From positions 26,311,011 through 26,375,010 of the forward strand of contig CM119264.1 in the NCBI GenBank assembly GCA_051294375.1: DNA of 64,000 nucleotides. The letters run 5' to 3'. The translations under genes and the position numbers were made by a program. Source of the stretch: Paraspadella gotoi. Its lineage: Eukaryota > Animalia > Chaetognatha. The notes beneath the pieces were generated by a model. That model searched no databases, was not told the DNA's origin, and was given only the letters and a program-made list of their open reading frames with translations. This document shows, in pieces, positions 27,234-38,573 of the stretch (its first letter is position 1; every line of letters begins with the position of its first letter).

Positions 27234-28259
27234 ACAGCTTTAAGAAAAAATTTGGGTTAAACATTAAATTTAAATTCTGGGATAAACTAAAAGATACAGT
27301 GTTTTTATCTGAATCTGATTGTAGCAGATTTTGGTCCGACCCCCAATCATGTCGAGAAATCATTTAGATCATCTACAAAAAAACAAATTATAAAAAAATT
27401 ATGTCCGCCCATCTGTTTGTCTGGATCGAAAAAAAATATTTTTAGAAACAAACAAACAAACAAACAAACAAACAAACAAACAGGCAAATGATTGCGTGAA
27501 CTTGGACCACCGATTACTGATTGAAAATCATTTATGGTCATTTTTAATTTAATTGGAACCAGAGCGCAATTGCGTCATTGCTTCCGGTGGCCAGAATTCT
27601 CGCCTGGATGATTGATTAAGTTTAATAAACACATGATAAAAAAAAATGTTCTGGATACATCTCGAAAAAAACCTTCGTTCTCTCATTCTATTAATACATT
27701 CTGTGAAATATGTATCATCGAGAGGAATCTAACTCATACTTAAATGGTATTATACAACTTTATTGATGATAAATCCAGGTGTTCTGGGAGTGATTTAACT
27801 GGACTACGAGACAGAGTAGATTGAAAGCTGGCGTGTTATTGTCTTGCGAAAGGAATAAGGGACTCAACCTACCATAGTCTGCCCAAAGTCAGGGGCAAGA
27901 TAGCTTATTTTTGAATGAATAGAAAATCTTTTTATTAGTTGTATCAATTTCATTAACATGCTCGATTATCTACACTCCTGTGCAAAAAAAAAAAAAAAAA
28001 TTTATAAATTATAGAGGACCAAGCAAGCTATTAATCCAGAGAAATAGGCTTCCCTATCAATGAAGTGGTATTAACTTTTAATCAATTATTTCAATTGTAT
28101 AACCGTACCAATTTCATATTCTTATTTTAAATTATAGCAGTGTTTTATTATTTTTTTTTATTTTCGTGTTATTCCTTGCATGATTTTTTTTTATCTGTTT
28201 CTGTCTTTCACTCTCTCTTTTTTTCTCTCATTCAGACTCATTCCACATTTTCCTCCACG

Positions 28260-30716
28260 ATGATTTTGCAACGAATTTTGCTTATGGTTATCGTCGTCGT
28301 CAACGTCGTCGACGTCGTCACCGACTTTCGAACGGCGATTCGATTTAGTCAAAAATCTTATCACATCGAGCGAATCCTTGGCGGCGCCATGGCGCTCGTC
28401 TTGGCGACGCATTCTTTGGTTTCCGCCACTTTGATCTACGAATACATGACGCGGAACGCGCCGCTTTATTCGAGACTCAACGGGAACCAATGTATAAGAT
28501 GGAGCACAGGATTGGCTACCGTCCTGGGCCTTGGCAACTCGGTCCTCATGGTCGATCATTATCTCGACGCCCTTCTGCCCAGCAACGCGCGATTGACGGT
28601 CGCTATGGCAACGAAGAATCGCTACATCGAGTCCATCAACTTCATTCACTTTCTATTAGAGTCATTTCCGCAAGTGTTGCTGCAGGCTGCGGCTATCGCC
28701 CTGTCGTTGACCAGTGGAACTTCGGAACAATGCTTGATGGAAGCGAATGGAAATATCTCACTGTTCAAAATCGACGATGAAGAAAAAATGTTTAAATTGA
28801 ACCAAACTTGCTATTGCGAATATGAGTTGGGAAAGATGAGAGTAAGTTGCTATCGACCTGTTAACAATTTTACTTATAATATCTGTAATATTAGTGTTAT
28901 TTTAATTAATTAAGAGGCGAATATATATCACAATCAATATACTATATATACAAAATATAAAAATTAACAAGTAAATTTATATAAATTAATTTAATTTTAT
29001 TAAACACAGATTAAAACAAAATTCCGTGAGTTGAAATATTGCGCGTGGAGACTATCTGACTACGAGACGATGTTATCTATGTTTCTTTCGAGCCTCAGTT
29101 TGGCAACATTTGCCGTCAAGTCTCGCAGCGATCTCGTCTCGATAGAGGGCGTATGTGGAGTCCTTCAGGGAACGGTCGGTGTTACTATTAACATTTATCT
29201 TATTTTTGTTTGGGCGTTGAAATCTCCGATTTGGCTCGTGACGTTGACACCTACTACTTTGTTCCGAATTCTCTCATTGAATGAAATCAAAGATCACGTG
29301 AAAACAATTTTCCGTCCGACGCGTCGATCTCATTCAATCTCGTTTGTCGAATCGATCGTCATGACGACTTGGACGATGTTTTTAGTCTCATTTTTTTTTA
29401 ATGATGACAGACGAAGCACATTGCAGCTACATTTGATCGACCTCGAAAAGACATCAGTATCCATTCCCCGATTTATTTACTTCCAAAGTAATAAAGTTGG
29501 CGGGAAACAAGTTTACTGTTTTGAAACCGGAGGAATCGTGGACGAAGAGAGGTGGGAGAAAATGATTTTTCCCGATGGAATTAAGTCCTGCAAGTTCCTC
29601 GAATCGATCCATCCCAAAATGAGGAAAAGGAATAAAAGGCGTGTACACCTGCTTGGGAATTACCAGCTTTTTCGCCCCAAGCTCTTAACAATTCTATCTT
29701 TTCTTCTCATCGATTTAGTCGGCGCCCTGTTTTACATCACTCTTCATTTCGGGTTGAGAAAAAAATGGGGAAAAATGTGTAAGACCCTCGTAGCCTCATC
29801 GTTGCCGTTGGCTTTGATTTGTCTCAATATCTACGCCTCCGTCTTTCACGAGCGGACATCAATGGACTTGGGTTTGAATCGATGCAATATGGACCAATGC
29901 TTATCTCGCATGGACAACGCAACTTTGTTCGCCTCTAAAGAGATGCTTTACAGAAGTTTTGTCACGCTGACTCATCTTCGTTTTTCTGCTCCTGCAATGA
30001 TTTTTGTTTTTTCATTTTCCGAATCTTTTCATTTTAATCGCTGGGAAAATCTCGTATACAGAGAAAAACGATGGGTTTATATCATTGGACTCATTTCAGG
30101 CGGAGTCTCTATGGGATTTTTCACGATGCGATTGGTTGGCGATGCCAGCGGCGATCTTCAAAGAACCGCATCGATTTGCTGTGAAGCGGAGTATTTTCAC
30201 CGACGTCAAACTTATTACTACAAAAATCGATTGTTGTCATTCGTCGAATTGAGTGAATCTTATCAATTTTCCTCTTTGATTTCTTGGGTTCCTCTCACGA
30301 CCTGGATCGTTTTTGTTCTCAGAAAAAGGTTTGTCCCGAAAATCTCGCGACGTTTTACGGAATTTCTCTTCACAACATTTTTTTTCGTATTTTTATTGTA
30401 TTTTTTTATCATGCGAGCCCGAAAAAGGTTAATTCAGTTTGATTATAATGATTTTGCCCAAAGGTATGAAGATACTAATTATAACAAGAAACAAATAAAC
30501 GATATTTTATCTATTAAAGTTCCAGCAGAATCGCCGATATTTGCACACTATAGTTGGATTAGTTATATATTGTTTAATGGGCAAAGTGACAACAAAATGG
30601 GCTCAGCTATTTATGATGTCATTTCTTATATCGACAAAGAACGCTTTACAAATTATAATATTTTTCATTTCTTTTTCTTTTCCTTTTCCTTAGTAACTGT
30701 TTTTCTTTGGAATTAA
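28260..30716 (+). CDS. XK-related (Xkr, phospholipid scramblase family) multi-pass membrane protein, 2 coding exons (28260-28841, 29010-30716), 762 aa
   Basis: ORFs 28140-28913 and 29031-30716 join in frame through a phase-0 intron 28842-29009 (AGA|GTAAGT...ACACAG|ATT). XK-family motifs occur in the expected order: N-terminal DVVTD (28311-28325), LLESFPQVLLQ (ESFPQVLLQ at 28659-28685; the ExxPQxxLQ hallmark), SMFLSSLSLA, FVESIVMTTW and FYITLH (29730-29747, cf. YYxxLHP). Many hydrophobic segments. A polypyrimidine-CAG acceptor at ~28235 suggests an upstream exon, so the start ATG is provisional. Confidence 0.8.
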
Positions 30717-31117
30717 TGCCATCTCTTACATCGTGACCGTTTGAAACCCGCCGATATAAAAAATTCATCATACGAAAACGTGTAAAGATTTTAACATTTT
30801 GTATTTTTGACAAATGTCAAAACACATGTATTTTTATTTATAAATTTCTTGATAATTTATTTTGTTTTGAGTTCGCAGTGAACGAAACAAGTTTGAGCAA
30901 ACAATGTCGGTTCTGCCGGACGGGACGGGATGGACGGACGGACTAAAAAGATAAGAAGCAAATTCGAGCTTTTCAATCAGAAATAAATGGAAATTCGTTA
31001 CCTGGAATTCATAACTCCTTTAAGCAATCCCACTAACTTGTGCTAGTATGGGTATCACAAGAAAGTTCGTTAAAATTGATTCAGGAATATTGATTATAAT
31101 TTAGCAAAGTAATATAC

Positions 31118-31245
31118 CATTTAAGTAAGTAGACAGGGATTCTTCTTGAGGTGTGGCGTGGTGGTTAAGGCTTGTCTCTTCTTTTTGGAGTGGTAGTAAA
31201 TCGAATCCACTCCTGTCACCACATTTAAGTAAGTAGACAGGGATT
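31118..31245 (+). mobile_element. tRNA(Leu-like)-derived retrocopy (80 bp, 31142-31221) ending in CCA, flanked by a perfect 24-bp direct repeat (TSD-like)
   Basis: CATTTAAGTAAGTAGACAGGGATT at 31118-31141 and 31222-31245. The insert has A-box-like TGGCGTGGTGGTTAAGGC and a 3' end TCGAATCCACTCCTGTCACCA resembling eukaryotic tRNA-Leu ...TTCGAATCCCACTCCTGACA-CCA. The anticodon arm is degenerate. Mirror copy at 51573-51707. Confidence 0.7.
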
Positions 31246-32858
31246 TAAACATGAAACCAGTATATGAACAAGCGCAAGACGGTGTCAGAATTTGAGACAG
31301 AGTGAATCAGTACAAAAATGGCCAGTATTTACCGAGGGCAATCGGATCATCGGCACGGGCGAGTTTTCCTGATGGCATGAGGCCCATCTTGTGATTGGTG
31401 GCTACACTTGGTGGTTCGTCCAATAAGAGGGCAGAATCCGGCTTTCGGCGGATTTTCCCCGAGTCGCGGATCCGATTCTATTTTTGGTTCCGATTCCAAC
31501 TGTGATTATACCTTGCCATTGATTATTCTTAAAACTAAACTTCATCAATGCTGATGAAGACTCGAAAACTAGAGTCGAAACTTGTCAATTATATAAAAAT
31601 AAATGTTGTTAAAGCGCGAAAAAAATTTCGTTTTTTCTCTAATATATTTCAAACAACAAACGAAAGGATTATCACAAATTCTAAACTTTATAACTTTGTC
31701 TTGTCCCTAAAAAGATATTTTTTATGCTACAGAATCAAAAAAATATATTATAGTATTCAGTTTTTTGTGGGCTCTCGGGAAATATTAATATTATTGCTAT
31801 TTTTCTTTTTATAAATCATCCTTAAAATGAGACCAAAATTTTTTTAATCTAAAATATTAATTATTTAGAGGGAAGATCATTTTCCAAGCCATCTTTTACC
31901 TCTCTTTTACCTATTTAAGTAAAAGTAAACTGAGGGACATGATATTCATACATGTGGGATTCGTTCCCGATTCATAAAAAATGTCTTGTCTTTAAATATA
32001 TCAATTAAAAATTTTAAAAACTCTTCCAAGTTTTTATTTGGTAAATTTTTTCTAGCGGCGTGTTTCAAATGGTCAGCTTGTACTAAAACGCCGTTATTAA
32101 AATTAAATAAGGGGAACTTTTAACCCACTATCTTAAAGTTTAAAAATTTTTGCAGCAAATTTTATATTTATGTTTCTTTGCACCAAATAGCTGTCGTAAA
32201 TTAAGAGTTTTAGCACTATAATAAAGTAATTTTTAGCCGGATCTGCTTATTGCGAATTACTAGATCGGGCGATTTGCTTAAAATTTTGTTTGGGTGATTG
32301 AGCCGGAAATCAAGTTTAGTTTTAATCGACCTTGAGGAAATAAGCTTAAATGTCAAAAATAAAATATTCATCTGATAAGCTGCTTAACCTAAATGATGGT
32401 ACGCAGATCCGGCACTGTTTATTAATAACTGTTTTGTAAATAGTGGATATTACCTAGTTTTTTAATGAAGTATATTTTATACTTATTAAACTAAAATACT
32501 TTCTAAAGTTTTCAGTCAGACCGGAGTTCTCATGGTAAAAGAAAATTTAAAAACCATAAAAAAAATTATATATTTTATTTGAAAAACAAATTTAACAAAG
32601 AAAATTGATTTTTAAAAATGTGGGAATCACATCGCTAATTATATTTTTTTTATCATAAATGTAGACTAAAACTTATTTTTATGGTTTGGCATAGAAGGCA
32701 AAGAAAACTAAACAATAGAAAATAGGGAAAACTATAAAAAAAAAAAAAAAAAAAACAGAAAAAAAAGGTGAAGAGCAAACGACTCGGTCTGCAAATTCCC
32801 TTCTTCTTCAACGAAATTGTTTTCTTTCAAAATCGACAACCGTCAATACGTCTATCTC

Positions 32859-32913
<55 letters not shown>

Positions 32914-33446
32914 CTTTTTCATTCTCTCTCCTTCCCACTATCCCCCTCCCTCTCTCTCTCTCTCTTATCCAGTTTGGAGATTTTCTTCTTTAATTTCCTC
33001 TCGCCTCTTAAGAGAGCTGTGGTCGAGAGATCGGCACAGAGACAGGGCGAAAATTTAATTTTTTTCTCATAAATTTTATATTTTTGTATTATCATATTAT
33101 TATATTATTATATTACATTATAATATTAAGTTAGTTGCTAATGTAAAAAATAAAGGAATTTCATAGTAATTTTTTTTGTAATATTGAGCTTTTAGCCTTA
33201 AAATATGATTTTATTATTTATTTTTAGGGTTTTGGTTTTCGTTTTTCTCCATAATTAATAATGAGGACCGCCATACTTTTAACCATATCCCGGGCAATAT
33301 AATTACCTCCTTCTAAATTCTTAACCTGACATTAGCTCAATTTAATACAATTGTACCAAATCGTGTAAATTTCCTGGCCTTTTGGGCCCTTTTATGTCAA
33401 ATAATTAATGAATGGAATAGAAATCAAAGGACATATGACATATATA

Positions 33447-33575
33447 TGTGGATAAGGCGCTTAATGGGCAGAAGATGACTATCCGTAACTTCTATAACCC
33501 CCTCTAGCAGATATGGAACGGGTCCTGGGCTTGGAACCAGGCTTGAGGGTTTGCCTAAGCAATGCCCGACTACAT
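33447..33575 (-). mobile_element. Short copy of the 36970-37265 repeat lacking the tRNA-like cassette
   Basis: TGTGGATAAGGCGCTTAATGGGCAGAAGATGACTATCCGTAACTTCTATAACCCCC...GCTTGAGGGT is joined directly to CCTAAGCAATGCCCGACTACA. Mirror copy at ~49155-49290. Confidence 0.65.
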
Positions 33576-33980
33576 GCCCCCACTAAATATACTATATTGT
33601 TTACACTTTTTAACCATTAAATAATTTTTATTAACTTACTAATTAATGTTATTTAATGTTCTACAGTCTGTTATTTTTTTTGATATTGTATTTTGCATAT
33701 TTTTTTGTGGCAAGTACATTTTACTTAGCTTTCATCGTTCGTTCCCTATTGTGTACAAAGTACAACCTGGTTCAAAAGACTTTATTAATAGCAGTTTTTA
33801 ATCATTTTAATAACTGTATTTAAAATGAATTTACCTATTATCCCCCTCACGATATCCTCCTTTCACCATCACAAAAAGCCACCACCTCCACCTAAACCCT
33901 TCACAACTCTCCCTCACCACTCACCCCCACCCCCCCCCGTTTTTCTCGCTCGAATGAACCTTTCCCGCCTCCGTTGAAAA

Positions 33981-34006
33981 GGGGTTCGAGTCCCACTTCT
34001 GCCACA
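33981..34006 (+). other. Isolated tRNA-Leu-like 3' fragment (T-loop/B box plus acceptor strand)
   Basis: GGGGTTCGAGTCCCACTTCTGCCACA resembles the 3' end of tRNA-Leu; no 5' half is recognisable. Confidence 0.35.
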
Positions 34007-34992
34007 AAAAGCGGCGAATCCAATCTCTCTTTCTCAGTCTCTCTCCCCTTAAATCAGGAGTTTTTAACAACCCCCCGAACGTGACCGAGTCTCCGAGAGA
34101 CCCTTAAGAACTCATAAATCAAAAGGATTCTTCGTCTCTGCCGCGACTGAAGTTTTGCGGGGGGGGGAAGGAGAGGGGGGGTAATGGATGACGACGCCGA
34201 AGAAGACGACAACCATATATTCGACGAAGAGGATGACGACGAAGAAGTTGACGACGATTAAGGGTTAAGTTGATGTGGAAATTAATGATGATTTCGTTAT
34301 TTTCTGGTGTTCAATTTTTTTTATTTTAAAATAACTATTAAAAAATATAGCATTAAAATATAATCAAAAAAAGAAGAAGAAATTTTCGCCAATTACTAAA
34401 ACAACGGTACAAAGGCGAGCATTTCTTTAAACAATAATTATTCACGCTTTAAGATCCTGTGCAAATTCGATATTTTTCGGAACCATTTTAATCATTATTT
34501 TTATTTTCTTCTAATTTAAATAAATAAAGAAAAAACCAACACAAAGGTCTTAAAATGTAACAAGAAATTTACTGTTATTTACTGAAGAGAAAATAAAAAG
34601 TTAGTGAAATAACTTAAATATTTTTACTCTTAAAATCATCTAAAACAAATCAAATTTCACGGTAATGTGGTAGATACTGACACAAAGAGGCTCCGGCAAA
34701 AAGTGGCAAAGAAATGAGAAGAAAATGAGCGATGAAAATAGGAATATATGAACCGCAAAGAAAGAGATTCGGTATCATTGATCATCTCTCTTATTGTCTC
34801 TTCTATTTCTCTCTCTTTATTCTAGAATAAGAGAAAGCAGAAGAGAGAGAGAGAGAGAGAGAGAAGATAAAGAGAGTGAGAAATTTTTCCGAGCCGTCAG
34901 GTGAAAAACGAGCCTCGATTAAGAAATTTAAAAAAAAATAGCAAAATAGGAAAAGAACAAAAGATAGGAAGTGCAAAGGAGAGCGAAAGGGC

Positions 34993-35044
<52 letters not shown>

Positions 35045-36969
35045 AGAGAGAGAGAGCGAGGAGAGAGAGAGAGAAGAAAGAGAGAGAGAGGGAGAGAGGA
35101 AAGAATCGTTTTCCGATGGCAAAAGAAAAGAAAATATGAGGTTCACTGTTTCACCTCAGCTTTTGACCGGAAATCGCGAAGAAAAACAATGATAGTCATT
35201 TTCTCGTGCGAAGCGACATCCTACGGCGAGGATGTCGAATGGATAATAACAGTTAAGCTATGATTTCTAGACAATTATGATGCATCTTAATAGTCATAAT
35301 CTTAAGATTCTTTTAAGTTATTGATAAATGATTACTGTTCACTAAATTTGAGGTCTTTTCACCTTCTAATCGATTGTACTGAAATCCGTTCTTATCTAAG
35401 TTTGGAAAAGAATTCATTGAACAATAAACAGATTTCGCTTTTTCATTTGCTTCAATTTAATGATTAATCAATGAAAAATGCCAGATGATGCCTCTCACCT
35501 TTTCATTTGTCATGACAAGAGCGCAATAGTCATATTGGTTTTTTTTTGGTCACAGTTGTAAAACAGGTTAAATAAGAGCGCTATATTTTTTATTTATAAA
35601 GTTTGCAGCCTTTTTTGTATTAAATATCAAAAAGTTGAAAAATAAAAATTATTTAGATTTAAAACATGTTTGAGGGAAGAAAATTTGTATTCTTATTTAC
35701 AAACAACTGTAAACAAACATTCCTAAACGCAACGAAAGAAAGCAGTCACACAAATTTGAAAAAAAATTGTATTATTAAATATATATAAATAAAATATAAT
35801 AAAATATAAGTTTTTCAGATTAAAAAAAAAATTTCATGGTACCAGCTGTGACTATAGAACACAATTCACGATACTTGTAAATTTGCTTATCTTGCTAAGT
35901 GTGATTAATTCACCGAGAGGCTTATAAATTCAGCGTCGAAATGAAACCGAAACTGGATTCGATCTTTGTCTGTTTATCCTCGCTTCGTTTTCGCGGAAGG
36001 TAAGTTTAAAATGGTGGGTTGCAGTTGGTAAAGCGTTGCTAAATTGCTTTTCGAGAACGAATTTCGGAATTTCCGAGATGTTTAAAAATTAAGAAGGAAT
36101 TGGGCTTCGACAAACACCAACGAATCAATCTTATTGTTGATAATTTTACGTATTAAATATATTAGACAAAGCGAAATCTCATTTTTTTATTTCATCGCGA
36201 GCTGAAGGAGAGTTCCCGAAAGAGGTTTTAATTTCATAATGGAGGTTTTCAGGCAGAAATTTTTGAATAAAGGAAAACGTCACTTTTGTCAACGATGTCA
36301 ACGATGACTTACTCAAAATGCTTACTTAAATATGAATTTAAAAGTAAAAACCAAAACTATTTATGTATGCAAATTTCATATCAATCGACTTTTATATGCC
36401 TTAGCAATGATAGCTGGAAGATATATTTGAAAATAGTCTCTTAAATCTTTTATTCTTAGGCTCTTTTATGATACTTATATGTTATATTATAATAATGTAA
36501 ACATATTTTTAAAAAACATTGAAAATTTTAGATAATTCACTTTTAACTTTCTTAATTGAATCAAGGCTGGGCAGCTTGTTTTTTTAGGTAACAGCTTTCG
36601 TAAGTGTGTCATTCTCTTCATATATTTAAGGGCTTTCAGAGCTTATTAATATTGATAATATCTTAATAAATACTTTATCAAAAAAGTGTTAAAAGTTAAA
36701 AAAAAATTAAATTAGTTAGTTGGAAAATGCAACCCCATTTTAAAAGCCAACTTTCTCCACTCATTGTCAAAGCCTATCTTAACTGATCAATATAAAATTT
36801 GAACACATAACTGAATTTAGTATTTCCTATTTAACTAACTTTTGAAATCAATGAAACAACCACTGGTTTGCAAATGGCAGCGTTTTTTCACCGGCGACTT
36901 TTGCAGTAACGCAGTTGGCGTTAAAATTTTTCATCGAAGTGAAAAATTCCCTCAACGCGTGTGTTACTC

Positions 36970-37265
36970 TGTGGATAATGCGCTAAGTGGGCTGAAGATG
37001 ACTATCCGTAACTTCTATAACCCCCTATAGTAGCTATGGAACGGGTCCTGGGCTTGGAACCAGGCTTGAGGGGTGGCCACGCCCCCAAGGCGGCTTAAGG
37101 CCGTCCTCAGGCTTCCCGCAGGGCATGTACCAGGTTGGGATTGAACCCGGTACCTAGTGGTCATGAGCTGATGGCTTTACTCAATGAGCCACCGGGTCAG
37201 GTCTGAAGGTGTTATGCTTATAGGCGGGGTGAACCTAGGCAATGCCCGACTACAACTCCACATAG
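36970..37265 (-). mobile_element. Interspersed repeat containing a tRNA-like (SINE-type, Pol III A/B box) cassette
   Basis: Minus strand 37198-37127 reads GACCCGGTGGCTCATTGAGTAAAGCCATCAGCTCATGACCACTAGGTACCGGGTTCAATCCCAACCTGGTAC: A box at 37180-37191, B box GGTTCAATCCC at 37137-37147; the stems pair poorly. Both flanks match the shorter copy at 33447-33575. Mirror copy at ~45300-45605. Confidence 0.65.
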
Positions 37266-37478
37266 TCATTGGGATCGCCGGAGTTTTATCGCTGTCTCGT
37301 TACCGACCTTTTTTAATAACATATATAATTTATTAAATAAAATAGTAATAAATAATATTTTTTTCTTTTTCATTGGTGTTCATGTCTGATTACTGGATGA
37401 TAAAAAGTGTTCGTTATCCTCATCCCTCCACTCCCCCCCCACCTCCACCCTAGAAAGACCTCAGACTCTAAAACCAAA

Positions 37479-38516
37479 ATGGCCGCCTTAAGAATCGTCG
37501 CTCTGCTCGTCGTTGCCATCGCCGCCGTCGCTTTGGCGGATCCGGGTCCTCGCTGCGTCGACCAACAGGTGACAACCGATGCATATAATATTCGTTATGT
37601 TAGTGATATATTAATATATTTCTATATAAATGTATGTTTACAGTATTTTTAATCGTCTCCTCGGCAGGAAAACTGTGCCCATTTCGTTGAGGAGAAGCCT
37701 TCCTGGTGCAACGCGATGCTGGCAGAAATCTGTCCCATGTCGTGCGGTCATTGCGACGGAGAGTGCAATGACTACGGGGACTGGTGCATGGACAGGTACA
37801 AAGTGATTCGGAAACGGAGTATGTACATTAGAGCGAAGTGAAAGTCAAAAATGAAAATTCCAATTGTCAATTATGAACAACCAGTGAACATTAATTTATA
37901 AAAAAAATAATAATTTTAATTTTTTTAATTTTCGCATTATTTATACATAGTACTAACTTGAAGAAATCCTAAAATTTTAAAATGGACTTTTATTATTTTT
38001 GATGGCAGATTCGAATTCCTGGGAAAAAAAATATTTCATTAAGTAGATTAAAAATTAAAAAAAAACTATATTTAATATACAAAAATTTAATTTTCAGCTT
38101 TAAATATAGGTTTTTCTAATTTTTGACCAACTTAATGTAAGAATTTTTTAAAAAAGAGTTATATTTCTTTTTAACAACATTTTATGACGAATCGAAATCC
38201 GAAAAAAAAAGTTGATAAAAAACCATTTTGAAATTTTAACATTTATAGGGTTAGTACTATATATAAATATAGCCTACTGCGTAAATTGCAAAAATTATAA
38301 TGCATTTTTTTATATATTAAAGTTAAATTTATACTTTTTACTACGCTTTAATGTACATTGTAGGGTTTTAGAACGATTTGTAATATTAAATACAAATAAA
38401 AAAGTACAAGAAGTCATTCATTCCTTTTTCTCCACAGGAAAGCCGATGGATGGTGCGAATCTGCCGCCGGCTACATGAACAGATATTGCAAGAAAGCTTG
38501 CGAGCTTTGCGTTTAA
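37479..38516 (+). CDS. Secreted two-domain ShKT (ShK toxin-like) peptide, 3 exons (37479-37568, 37668-37795, 38438-38516), 98 aa
   Basis: Spliced translation: MAALRIVALLVVAIAAVALA-DPGPR-CVDQQENCAHFVEEKPSWCNAMLAEICPMSCGHC-DGE-CNDYGDWCMDRKADGWCESAAGYMNRYCKKACELC-V*. Canonical introns CAG|GTGACA...GGCAG|GAA (phase 0) and CAG|GTACAA...CCACAG|G (phase 2). ATG context AAAATGG, 20-aa hydrophobic signal peptide, two 6-Cys motifs CxD-x4-C-x8/10-C-x7/10-C-x3-C-x2-C typical of ShKT, and AATAAA 52 nt after the stop. Confidence 0.92.
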
Positions 38517-38567
38517 ACTCCCTCTTGTTGAAACTTATATTTTCGGAATATTAGCGAGTTTTTATGA

Positions 38568-38573
38568 AATAAA
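38568..38573 (+). terminator. Putative polyadenylation signal (AATAAA) of the ShKT gene
   Basis: First AATAAA after the TAA stop at 38514-38516. Confidence 0.55.

Noticed and set aside
27971-28000. TACACTCCTGTGCAAAAA, a Tc1-like TIR start
   Set aside because: No matching inverted partner found in the window.
37127-37198. Functional tRNA-Met gene (CAT in the anticodon position)
   Set aside because: Acceptor, anticodon and T stems do not pair properly, and it is embedded in a repeat; treated as a tRNA-derived cassette.
37407-37652. ORF-track 81-aa protein starting at GTG 37407 (and 38212-38478)
   Set aside because: The true start is ATG 37479 and the frame is spliced at 37568; the rest is intron read-through or the wrong frame.
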